A stretch of 64,000 bases of DNA from a bacterium (GCA_030693425.1 JAUYAM010000002.1:256632-320631); one strand, 5' to 3'; positions 16,305 through 24,484 are shown, numbered from the stretch's first letter. Notes: generated by a model from the letters alone, not told the origin. Program-made: numbers and translations.

Positions 16305-16871
16305 CTATAGAAGAGTTTTTTCTTTGAATTTTTCTATATCCTCTGGTAGTAAAAGCCGAGAAAAATTTGCGTATTTTTGCATTCCCAGAGATGGAGCGTG
16401 GGAAAAACCGACATATTCTAATTTCCTTTCTTTATATTTGATATAACGGATAGCCGGAATTAAATCTGTATCGGAGCTGACTAAAATTGCCGTGTCGTAT
16501 ACGTTATCAATGGCCCCTACTATTAAATCAACCGCGATTTTCACATCAGTGCCCTTTTCTTTATATATTTTGCCGATCGGCATGATCCTACCGCGCTTGA
16601 TCGTAAAACCGTCTTTTCCAAGATTGGTAAAGAATTTTTGTTGTCCATATACTAATTGCTGACTTTTTTCAGTCCCGTCAAGATTTCTAAAAACACCCGT
16701 ATAATACCTTTTTGAAACGCATATTCTATCGCCGACCAAAAAATCTACAAACGACTTAAAATCAAACTTAACGCCTTTGGGAAAATTTACCTCTTTATCT
16801 TTTAGATAGCCATAAAAATTGCTTCCGTCTATATAGACAGCAACTTTTTCTTTTGGGTTGAGATTATCCAT
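16305..16871 (-). CDS. NYN (LabA-like) domain protein
   Basis: 188-aa ORF. VAVYIDGSNF...GTDVKIAVD...LVSSDTDLIPAI is the NYN/LabA nuclease-fold pattern. Confidence 0.8.
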   Translation of the reverse strand: MDNLNPKEKVAVYIDGSNFYGYLKDKEVNFPKGVKFDFKSFVDFLVGDRICVSKRYYTGVFRNLDGTEKSQQLVYGQQKFFTNLGKDGFTIKRGRIMPIGKIYKEKGTDVKIAVDLIVGAIDNVYDTAILVSSDTDLIPAIRYIKYKERKLEYVGFSHAPSLGMQKYANFSRLLLPEDIEKFKEKTLL

Positions 16872-17156
16872 ATAAAATAATTATAGCATCGCTTGAAATA
16901 AAAAACTACCCTTGCCGAAGCAGAGGTAGTGTTCATAGTAGTTTCATCATACGCTCATATACATTTATGTCAAGGCCTGAAACCGACGGAACCTGAAACC
17001 ATTAATCCTGCTCTTCGAGTTCATCGAATCTGTCATTCGACCCTGAAGGGTCTCAGACCCTGAACGGGATGATTCTCTGAATCAGAAGATCTGAGACTCT
17101 CAGACGTTCGTCCCGAGGACTCAGTCCCGAGGGAGCCGAATGGCCTGCTTGGTTGG

Positions 17157-17456
17157 TTAAACAAATTCTATTTTGAGATCGCGGTCAAAAACCAAAGCTA
17201 TTTTTTGGAGGGTTTCGGTAGTAAAATTCTGTTGACCCGTTTCTAGACGAGCCACATTGCTTTGTCTAGTGCCGATCCTTTTTGCCAATTCCGCTTGCGA
17301 CATTTTGTTTTGTTTACGCAATCTTAAAATCTGGTAAGCGATTTCTAGGCGCTTGCCATATTCGTCATAGTGTTCCTTCATCTCAGGGTTTTTCAATTGA
17401 TTTTTCAAGTATTCTTGGAAATCAACTGCTTTTTGCATTTTTTTTGTTCTATTCAT
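17157..17456 (-). CDS. XRE-family HTH antitoxin (HigA-like)
   Basis: 99-aa ORF. MSQAELAKRIGTRQSNVARLETG is a helix-turn-helix. Overlaps the upstream toxin gene by 8 nt. Confidence 0.85.
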   Translation of the reverse strand: MNRTKKMQKAVDFQEYLKNQLKNPEMKEHYDEYGKRLEIAYQILRLRKQNKMSQAELAKRIGTRQSNVARLETGQQNFTTETLQKIALVFDRDLKIEFV

Positions 17457-17826
17457 ATAATTTCGGGTTATTTATGACGTCGTAATAATTTTCTTCAGCT
17501 TTTTTGATTTCCTGAACTGGCGTTCTTTCGGTTTTCTTCAAGAACGCGTGAAGTAAAACTATTGTTTTCCTGATAAATATAAAGTAGAAAATTCTGAATC
17601 TATTTTTGCTAAAATTTACTCTTAATTCCCTGATTTTCCCTTTTATATGTTTTGAATACGGTTCGTCTAAATATCCTTTATGCCCTCTCAGGAATTCAAT
17701 GTATTTTAAGATTTTTGCTCTTTCTTTATAACCAAGATTTTCTATATACTCTAAAACAGGACTTTTGCTGGTTTGAGAATTCCTATAAAACTTTACTTTA
17801 TACTCTATATTATCAGGGTATATCAT
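17449..17826 (-). CDS. RelE/HigB-type toxin (phage Gp49-like)
   Basis: 125-aa ORF. SKHIKGKIRELRV....RIFYF....IVLLHAFLKKT pattern of Gp49/HigB-like toxins, followed by an HTH partner. Confidence 0.8.
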   Translation of the reverse strand: MIYPDNIEYKVKFYRNSQTSKSPVLEYIENLGYKERAKILKYIEFLRGHKGYLDEPYSKHIKGKIRELRVNFSKNRFRIFYFIFIRKTIVLLHAFLKKTERTPVQEIKKAEENYYDVINNPKLYE

Positions 17827-18081
17827 AGATGATATGCTGTCAAGTAGTGCGTGTCAAAAATTATGTTAAAATACTTTGAATCTACCGTGCGTGCTCGTCC
17901 ATCTTTTGAATTAGATTATTAGATTATATCATATTTTAATCAAAAAGCCGCCCCTCTGGCGATTCTCTAGACGCTAATTCCCTAGGCGCTAATTAACTAG
18001 TTTGCCAGGGGACGGGATTCGCCATGTCATCCGACATGGCGCTCTATCGAATGATAGGGCGAACCCGCGCGTAATGAAAAG

Positions 18082-18108
18082 CCAAGACCGCATCAACTGC
18101 GGTCTTGG
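18082..18108. terminator. 11-bp-stem hairpin, bidirectional terminator
   Basis: CCAAGACCGCA-TCAAC-TGCGGTCTTGG. The reverse strand follows with CTTTTC. The forward strand is followed 11 nt later by TTTTTTT. Confidence 0.7.
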
Positions 18109-18141
18109 GTAAAATCTGTTTTTTTAAAAACAGCGCTGTTT

Positions 18142-18309
18142 CTAGGCTTTGCCGAGAATTCTGAACATCTTGGTTCCGCACTTCGGACAAATGCCGGTCA
18201 TAGCCCGTCTCTTAGTCCCGCCCTTTCCCTTCATGGTGATTTCCTTGGGGTCATTCATTTCTCTCTTTGCCTTGCACTTTACGCAATATGCTGTTGCTGT
18301 TTCTGCCAT
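18142..18309 (-). CDS. small zinc-ribbon protein (DUF5679-like)
   Basis: 55-aa ORF below the track cutoff: MAETATAYCVKCKAKREMNDPKEITMKGKGGTKRRAMTGICPKCGTKMFRILGKA. Has CxxC...CxxC and is followed by the terminator hairpin. Confidence 0.6.
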   Translation of the reverse strand: MAETATAYCVKCKAKREMNDPKEITMKGKGGTKRRAMTGICPKCGTKMFRILGKA

Positions 18310-18460
18310 ATTTTTAAGAAAAGTTTAATTTAATTGTTGGGAAAACCCTACCGACCTTTTATTTTCCGCCTCATCATTTTGCCTTCGGGCGGGATTTGTT
18401 CGTAAGTTTGCCTTAATTTACCTTAGTTTAAGCAAGTTTGTTCGTCAAGGGGTAAAACCT

Positions 18461-19750
18461 TTAAGCAAACATCAATAACTCTGGTTTAAAAGTTAAAGCC
18501 AGCCCCAGCAAAAGCAGTAAAACCCCGCCGATCAAGGCGCTCCAGCGGCTGTATTTGTCGGTAAAACCGATTTTCTGCAAGGTCATTGCCGCCAAAGAAA
18601 AAACAATTAGGTCGTCGAGCATGTAAAAGAAATCATAAACCAGGATATAAAGGTACTTCTGGAAGGCGCCGATCTTCTGGATAGCCAGGACTTGGGTAAA
18701 AATGGCCGGAAAGCCGGCCGAACAGAAAAGCTCAACCAGGTTTACCGAGAAAGCCAGAGCCACTATCCCCAGAAAAGTCGCAGGCAAGGCCGCCGGAACC
18801 AAAATCTTCCTGATTTTTGCTTCAATTTTGCTGTGAGACTTTTCGTCCGTAACCTTGCATACTCCCGGCTTCCAGGAAAAGAAATCTCTAATTCTCCAGA
18901 AACCGACGGCAACGGCGACAACCCCGATAATAATCCTGATAAAATTAATATAGCCGAGGAATAAAAACAGGTTCAGCCAGACGGTCATAAAAAGAAAGTA
19001 GAGAATGCCGGAAGCTAAAATAAAGGTGCCGCCAACCAGCCAAATCTTTTTCTTGGAGTTGACCGTCAGAAGCAAAGAGATTAAAAGAAGCAAAACCCAC
19101 ATAGCGCAAGGATTGAATCCGTCCATTACACCAACGACTACTGCCAATACCGGCAGAGAAATCTTTTTGGGGTCGAACTCGCCGATCAAAGGCAGTTTAA
19201 AAACCTTTGGCTCTTCTTTCTCGATTTTGTCCAGAGGGTCAGGGCAAGAATTCTCCAGGCAAAACCTGACCGCCTCTTCAATCTCCTTGCCGGTAGTCTG
19301 ATCTCCGCCGTAGCCAATGACGGTTTTCCCGCCGATAAAAATCGTCGGCACCCTAAGAGTTTCTTCTTCGCCGGCCGCTTTCAAAAATTTCTCAAAAAGT
19401 CTGGCGTTTTCCTGGCTGCCGAAAACCTCATAGGAAACTATATTTAGATCCGGATAACCTGCTTTCAGGGTTTTAAGGAAAGCCTCGGCATCCTGGCAAC
19501 GAGGACAGGTGGAACCGTAGAAAAAATGAAGCCGCGCTCGCAAGGAGGAATCACTATTGTTTGGCAAATTAGCATCAACCCTTGTGAGCGTGGCGGAACC
19601 CCGCACCGAGAGCCCTTCGCCGATTGCTAAAGTTTTTGGCTCTCTGGTGCGTGGGGAAATATCGTTATCCGCTAAAACCTGGCTGGCGAGAAAAGCGCCG
19701 GCAAGTAAAACTGACAAAAATAGAATAACTGAAATCTTCTTCCGAATCAT
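18461..19750 (-). CDS. thioredoxin/glutaredoxin-fold domain fused to a DsbD/CcdA-like polytopic membrane domain
   Basis: 429-aa ORF. Signal/TM, then FFYGSTCPRCQDAEAFL...VPTIFIGGK (redox CxxC fold), then six or more TM segments with GFNPCAMW. Confidence 0.6.
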   Translation of the reverse strand: MIRKKISVILFLSVLLAGAFLASQVLADNDISPRTREPKTLAIGEGLSVRGSATLTRVDANLPNNSDSSLRARLHFFYGSTCPRCQDAEAFLKTLKAGYPDLNIVSYEVFGSQENARLFEKFLKAAGEEETLRVPTIFIGGKTVIGYGGDQTTGKEIEEAVRFCLENSCPDPLDKIEKEEPKVFKLPLIGEFDPKKISLPVLAVVVGVMDGFNPCAMWVLLLLISLLLTVNSKKKIWLVGGTFILASGILYFLFMTVWLNLFLFLGYINFIRIIIGVVAVAVGFWRIRDFFSWKPGVCKVTDEKSHSKIEAKIRKILVPAALPATFLGIVALAFSVNLVELFCSAGFPAIFTQVLAIQKIGAFQKYLYILVYDFFYMLDDLIVFSLAAMTLQKIGFTDKYSRWSALIGGVLLLLLGLALTFKPELLMFA

Positions 19751-19788
19751 ATCTTCGATTCTAGCATATTTTCCGATAAATGAACTAT

Positions 19789-19867
19789 CACGGGCAAGCC
19801 CGTGGTATCCTCAGGCTTCGCCTTCGGCGAGTTCTTTCCCGCCGCTTCATCCACGGCCAAAGCCGTG
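19789..19867. repeat. G+C-rich double-hairpin intergenic element, locus 1
   Basis: CACGGGC-AA-GCCCGTG (19789-19804) followed by GTATC, TCGCC-TTCG-GCGA, and CACGGC-CAAA-GCCGTG (19852-19867). Related to 46295-46365 on the opposite strand. Confidence 0.55.
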
Positions 19868-19937
19868 ATTTTCACGGACAGGAAATAAAATCTGCCTCGT
19901 GAATTTTCCCACTTGGCAGACTTTACAGCGTAGATGA

Positions 19938-20207
19938 CTACTCTATATTCATCGCAACGTACAAGATTGGCGTTTGTCGAAGATTGGCCATGTAGGCTTT
20001 AAAGCTTTCTTCATCGCCTTCGCCAAACATTATGCCCTTTGCTGTCGCGCCGCATCTCGGACAGATAACGCCTCCTATTTGCCCCCATCCAGTTTTCGTA
20101 CGGTCTTCTGTCCAATAGTGGCGCTCTCCTCCCTCCTGTCCACTGCATATAAGGACTACTATTAGGGGCGACTCCCATACTCCGCCCACTCCGACTCCTC
20201 TAGGCAT
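19938..20207 (-). CDS. hypothetical small protein with Cys pairs (G+C-rich orphan)
   Basis: 89-aa ORF. SD AGGAGG 5 nt upstream of the ATG at 20205-20207. Contains ICSG...CPRCG. No family recognised. Confidence 0.5.
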   Translation of the reverse strand: MPRGVGVGGVWESPLIVVLICSGQEGGERHYWTEDRTKTGWGQIGGVICPRCGATAKGIMFGEGDEESFKAYMANLRQTPILYVAMNIE

Positions 20208-20333
20208 ATTAGCCTCCTCTCATCATCATCAAATCAGAAAAGTCTTTGTTTGTAAAGTCTTGCATGACCCAAAGACGCGGGTGTGATACAATATAAAAAG
20301 GTCATCATAATTAAAAAGTAAAATTATAATAAT

Positions 20334-20762
20334 ATGAATCCTTGTTTTGCGTATAATAGTTCTCTTAGGTTTGCCAGGAGCTTTTTCGGCATTGTTGCTT
20401 TGCTTGCCTACTTCCTTCAAAACCAGTGGCTGGTCTTTGTTCTGGGAATTATTATGGCCATGGCAGCGATTTCTTTAAAGTATAATATCGTCTATCAGCT
20501 CCACCTCAATTTCCTCAAAAAACTCCTGAAGAGCAAAGAAGAAGAGCCGGTTGCCAAAGACTCGGCTGAACTTTCTCTTGCCTGTGGCTTGGGCGCCTCG
20601 TTCTTGCTTATCCCGGCTCTGCTCTTTGGACTTGATAAATGGGTGTCTTTTGGTTGGGCAATGGTTTTGCTCAATTCGTTTTTAATGCTCCTCGCCGGAA
20701 TCACCGGAGCTTGCGTTGCTTCAATAATGTACGCTACTATCAAAAAGGCTTTGAGAAAGTGA
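20334..20762 (+). CDS. small polytopic membrane protein
   Basis: 142-aa ORF with about four hydrophobic segments. First gene of a tightly packed forward operon. Confidence 0.55.
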   Translation: MNPCFAYNSSLRFARSFFGIVALLAYFLQNQWLVFVLGIIMAMAAISLKYNIVYQLHLNFLKKLLKSKEEEPVAKDSAELSLACGLGASFLLIPALLFGLDKWVSFGWAMVLLNSFLMLLAGITGACVASIMYATIKKALRK

Positions 20763-20771
20763 AAAAAAACT

Positions 20772-21359
20772 ATGGAAAAGCTAAAACAGCCGACCCCGAA
20801 AACGATCGGTACTCCAACCTATATTAATAAGAACTGCTGGTTAGCAACTACGCTTGGGTATCCGCCGGCTAAACGCTGCTGGTTTTGCGAGTTAAGATTC
20901 CGCCAGTGTCCTTTTGCCCAGTACCTAGGCATCAGTTTACTGTTAGCGCTTATTTCTTTTGTTCTTGCTTTTTTGATAGATGGCAAAATCACTCGCGCCC
21001 ATGTCTTTATTGTTTTTATCTTAGTTTTAGCTTACGGTTATTTCACGACCCGAACTACGGAAAAGATCATCGAAGCGAATTTTGCCGAAAAACTAGCAAG
21101 AATCGCTCTGGAGGAGGCCAAAGCCTCTCTTGAAGGGAAAATCAAAGAAAGAACTAAGGAATTGGAGAATTTGACCAAAAATCTTGGCCAGAAAGTTGAT
21201 ATACGAACCACAGAGTTGGAAGAAAAACTAGAAGAGCTGGAAAAGATTAATAGACTGGCTGTTGGCCGGGAATTAAGGATGATTGAGCTCAAGGAGAAAA
21301 TCAGAAAACTAGAAGAAGAGTTGGAAAAAGCAAAAACAAATGCTAAATCCAAGATTTAA
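20772..21359 (+). CDS. membrane-anchored coiled-coil protein with N-terminal Cys cluster
   Basis: 195-aa ORF. NCW...RCWFCELRFRQC, two TM segments, then a heptad-like E/K-rich C-terminus. Confidence 0.55.
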   Translation: MEKLKQPTPKTIGTPTYINKNCWLATTLGYPPAKRCWFCELRFRQCPFAQYLGISLLLALISFVLAFLIDGKITRAHVFIVFILVLAYGYFTTRTTEKIIEANFAEKLARIALEEAKASLEGKIKERTKELENLTKNLGQKVDIRTTELEEKLEELEKINRLAVGRELRMIELKEKIRKLEEELEKAKTNAKSKI

Positions 21360-22014
21360 ATATCTGCAAATCGCCTTTAACCGCTCCTTGCCCGAAGTCA
21401 GGCATATGATTAATTTTTTGCCTGTTTCCGATAGAATTTTAATTGAAGCTGGCACTCCTTTAATTAAAAGGTACGGTGTCAAAGGAATCACTTTTTTAAA
21501 AGATTGCTGGGAACAAAAACTGCAAAAGCCGGGCTATATTGTGGCCGACCTCAAATGCATGGACAGAGGCTCAACTGAAGTTGAGGCGGTTTCTTTGGCC
21601 GGAGCTTCAGCAGCTACCTGTTTGGGACTAGCGCCAATTGAAACCATTTCTGAATTTATTAATAAATGCAAAATGGCCAATATTGATTCAATGGTTGACA
21701 TGATGAATGTCGAGTTTCCATTTGAGGTCCTGCAAAAATTGAGAAAGCTGCCGAAAATCGTCGTCTTTCACCGCGGCGTTGACGAGGCCGATCTAAACCG
21801 GGAAAGACAGCTTCCCCTCCGCAACATCCGCCGAGTCAAGGGAACCTACAATAACATCCTGGTTTCCGTGGCCGGAGGAGAAACCGTCAGAGAAGTCACC
21901 AGCTCGTTTTTCAACGATGCCAATATAACGATTGTCTGGCGGGCTTTTTACGAAGCTCCTGAAAAAACGGCCGAGTTAGCCAAAGAATTTTTAGAGCTTA
22001 TAAACAAAGTTTGA
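21340..22014 (+). CDS. OMP decarboxylase / HUMPS-family protein (3-hexulose-6-phosphate synthase-like), paralog 1
   Basis: 224-aa ORF. YLQIAFN, IEAGTPLIK, ADLKCMD, HRGVDE and VAGG strand-end motifs of the OMPDC suprafamily. Confidence 0.68.
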   Translation: MLNPRFKYLQIAFNRSLPEVRHMINFLPVSDRILIEAGTPLIKRYGVKGITFLKDCWEQKLQKPGYIVADLKCMDRGSTEVEAVSLAGASAATCLGLAPIETISEFINKCKMANIDSMVDMMNVEFPFEVLQKLRKLPKIVVFHRGVDEADLNRERQLPLRNIRRVKGTYNNILVSVAGGETVREVTSSFFNDANITIVWRAFYEAPEKTAELAKEFLELINKV

Positions 22015-22055
22015 AAGCTTGCTTTAAAACGTAGTTTTCAAGCTTCGCTTATAAA

Positions 22056-22712
22056 ATGATTCTCGATAAAAAGCAAAAATATCTCCAGATTGCCCTAAAC
22101 AGCACTCTCGAGGAAGCGGAAGAAATCATCAGGCAATTGCCCGCCTCAGAAAGAATTCTGGTCGAGGCCGGCACCCCCCTGATTAAAATCTACGGCGCCA
22201 AGGCAATCTCCAAAATCAAAGCCTGGGCGGGGCCGGGGACTTACGTTGTCGCCGACTTAAAAACCGCCGATCTGGCCCCCAGAGAAGTGAAAATGGCCTC
22301 GGCGGCCGGAGCCTCGGGAATCACCTGCCTCGGAGTTTCTCCAATTGAAACAATAGACCTGTTTATTGATGAATGCCGCAAAGTCGGAGTCGACTCGATG
22401 GTTGACATGATGAATGTTGAAAATCCTGTCCTTACTTTGCGGAAATTAAAAACGCCCCCGGATGTCGTTGTCCTGCATCGAGGGGTCGACGAAACCGAGT
22501 TTTCCAAAGAAAGACAAATCCCCTATTACCAGATAAAGCAACTGAAAGGAAACTATGGCTGTTTGGTGGCGGTGGCCGGCGGAGACACCATCAGAGAAGT
22601 CCAGCGAGCCATTTTCAACGACGCCGACATTGTCGTCGTTTGGAAAGAGTTCTACCAGCCGACGGCCAAGACCACCGATCTGGCCAGAGAATTCCTTAAA
22701 GAGATCAAATGA
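22056..22712 (+). CDS. OMP decarboxylase / HUMPS-family protein (3-hexulose-6-phosphate synthase-like), paralog 2
   Basis: 218-aa ORF collinear with paralog 1: YLQIALN, VEAGTPLIK, ADLKTAD, HRGVDE, VAGG. Confidence 0.7.
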   Translation: MILDKKQKYLQIALNSTLEEAEEIIRQLPASERILVEAGTPLIKIYGAKAISKIKAWAGPGTYVVADLKTADLAPREVKMASAAGASGITCLGVSPIETIDLFIDECRKVGVDSMVDMMNVENPVLTLRKLKTPPDVVVLHRGVDETEFSKERQIPYYQIKQLKGNYGCLVAVAGGDTIREVQRAIFNDADIVVVWKEFYQPTAKTTDLAREFLKEIK

Positions 22713-23161
22713 TCAGAAGAGAAATGCCTTCAAGACATTTATTGAAAGCTCGCCTGCTCCTGACAAGCATCGGTACCCTCGCTGTTATTTTATTATTCAA
22801 CTTCGTTATTTTTCCCGAGATGAAAAAGACGCTGATTGAGATAATTCCAGAGCAAGTGAAAACAATAGAGGCCAAGCTTCTTTATGCCACGATCGCGTTT
22901 TCGGCCTTTATTCTTCTGATTAACTTTTATTCCTGGAATCTCATCAATAAATTGACTTGGCAAGAAAACAGGATCAAACAAGCCCTTCTGGAAAACCCGG
23001 AAGACCAGACGCTTAAAGACAAACTGATAGAAATCAGCAACAGAGAAGACCGCTATCTCACCCTGATCGAACCGATATTCATGATTGTTCTGGGGGCGAT
23101 GATCGGTTTTTTCTCCATCACTGCCATCCAGCCGCTTTATAGTCTTCTCAACGCTCTCTAG
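22709..23161 (+). CDS. short membrane protein with a type II secretion/type IV pilus platform (GspF/PilC) C-terminal-like segment
   Basis: 150-aa ORF. ATGA overlap with the upstream gene. C-terminal LIEPIFMIVLGAMIGFFSITAIQPLYSL resembles the T2SS-F domain end. Confidence 0.5.
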   Translation: MIRREMPSRHLLKARLLLTSIGTLAVILLFNFVIFPEMKKTLIEIIPEQVKTIEAKLLYATIAFSAFILLINFYSWNLINKLTWQENRIKQALLENPEDQTLKDKLIEISNREDRYLTLIEPIFMIVLGAMIGFFSITAIQPLYSLLNAL

Positions 23162-23278
23162 TTTCTTCGTTTAGCCAAGATAAAATCACGGCTTCAGAAG
23201 AATTTAAAACTAACTCTGCCGCCCAAAAACAGAGAATTTGAGCCCCCCTGTTTTCCGCTTAAAATGCTTTGAGCAAAG

Positions 23279-23536
23279 TCAGATGAAATTCAGAACAGTT
23301 TCCCTTTCGGCCGAGTCCAGTCCTTCCAGCATCAAGCCGACTGACTGACCAGCTGAAGCCGACTCCTGATCCCCGCCCAGGGGTTTTTCTATTTTCCTAA
23401 TGATCACTTCTCTGTCGGGAAAATTAGTGCATTTCATTCCAGCCTTAATTGTTCCTCTCAAAACTCTGCCGACAAAAACAGTCCCTTTTCCCAGAATCGA
23501 AAAAGAATCATCGACGATAAATTGGTTTAAATCCAT
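23279..23536 (-). CDS. standalone EF-Tu domain-II-like beta-barrel protein
   Basis: 85-aa ORF. DDSFSILGKGTVFVGRVLRGTIKAGMK...AGQSVGLMLEGL parallels [27 protein letters not shown]...[12 protein letters not shown] of the tuf gene in this window. Confidence 0.65.
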   Translation of the reverse strand: MDLNQFIVDDSFSILGKGTVFVGRVLRGTIKAGMKCTNFPDREVIIRKIEKPLGGDQESASAGQSVGLMLEGLDSAERETVLNFI

Positions 23537-23537
23537 A

Positions 23538-24416
23538 CTATCCCTGCTTTTTATCTTTAAAAGCGTCTCCCAGATATTTTATCCCTTCTAAAACCTCTAC
23601 CGGCAAGGCAAAAATTACGGTCTTTGAGGGATCGGGGTTGATTTTTTCAATCGTCGCCAAAGTCCGCAAGGAAAGGCCGCCCGGAACTTGGCTCAATCTT
23701 TCGGCTGCCTGAGCCAGCTTTTCCGCCGCGGTGTATTCGCCTTCGGCCCGGATAATGACCGCCCTTCTTTCCCTTTCTGACTCGGCCTGTTTTGCCATCA
23801 CCCTTTTCATGTCGGCCGGCAGCTCAATGTCCTGGATCTTGATGTCGGTGATCTTGACTCCCCAAGCCTCGGTTGCCTCGTCAACAATCTTGGTGATCTC
23901 GTCGGCAATCTTTTCCCTCTCTGCCAGCAAAGTGTCCAATTCGATGCCGCCGATAACATCCCTCAAGGCCGCCTGGGCATACTCTCTAACTGCCTTGGAA
24001 AAGTTTTCAATGTCTAAAATCGCCCTTTCGGCAGAATCAACCCTGAAATAGACGACGGCATTGGTTCCGACCGGCACATTATCCTTGGTAATCACTTCCT
24101 GCTGGGGAATATTAGTAGTGATGATCCTCATATCAATTTTGATCATCCTCTGGATTCCCGGAAAGATCCAGTTCAAACCAGGCTGTCTGGTTGAGCTGTA
24201 CTTTCCCAGAGTCAGAACCACTCCCCTTTCAAACTGGTCGATAATCTTTAAGCCGGCGACCAAAAGTATAAAAAGAATGAAGCCGACTCCTCCTAAAGAT
24301 AATAATCCTCCGGAAATAATCCCTGTTTGGACCAGAAACCAGCCGCCAAAGCCCAAGAAAAGCAAAATGCTGATTAAAGAACCGATGGGATTACCCGACT
24401 GCGGTATTTCTTGCAT
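23538..24416 (-). CDS. SPFH/band-7 (stomatin/HflKC-like) membrane protein
   Basis: 292-aa ORF. N-terminal TMs, then GLNWIFPGIQRMIKIDMR...ALRDVIG...RRAVIIRAEGE, the SPFH signature. Confidence 0.9.
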   Translation of the reverse strand: MQEIPQSGNPIGSLISILLFLGFGGWFLVQTGIISGGLLSLGGVGFILFILLVAGLKIIDQFERGVVLTLGKYSSTRQPGLNWIFPGIQRMIKIDMRIITTNIPQQEVITKDNVPVGTNAVVYFRVDSAERAILDIENFSKAVREYAQAALRDVIGGIELDTLLAEREKIADEITKIVDEATEAWGVKITDIKIQDIELPADMKRVMAKQAESERERRAVIIRAEGEYTAAEKLAQAAERLSQVPGGLSLRTLATIEKINPDPSKTVIFALPVEVLEGIKYLGDAFKDKKQG

Positions 24417-24451
24417 GTTTTTAAAATTAAACTGTTGATAATTGTTAATTC

Positions 24452-24480
24452 ATAATATTCTTTTGAAAAATCTCTGTCAA
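24452..24480 (-). promoter_or_regulatory. sigma70-type promoter for the SPFH operon
   Basis: The reverse strand reads TTGACA (24480-24475), a 17-nt spacer, then TATTAT (24457-24452). It sits just outside the left end of element E2. Confidence 0.55.
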
Positions 24481-24484
24481 CTTT

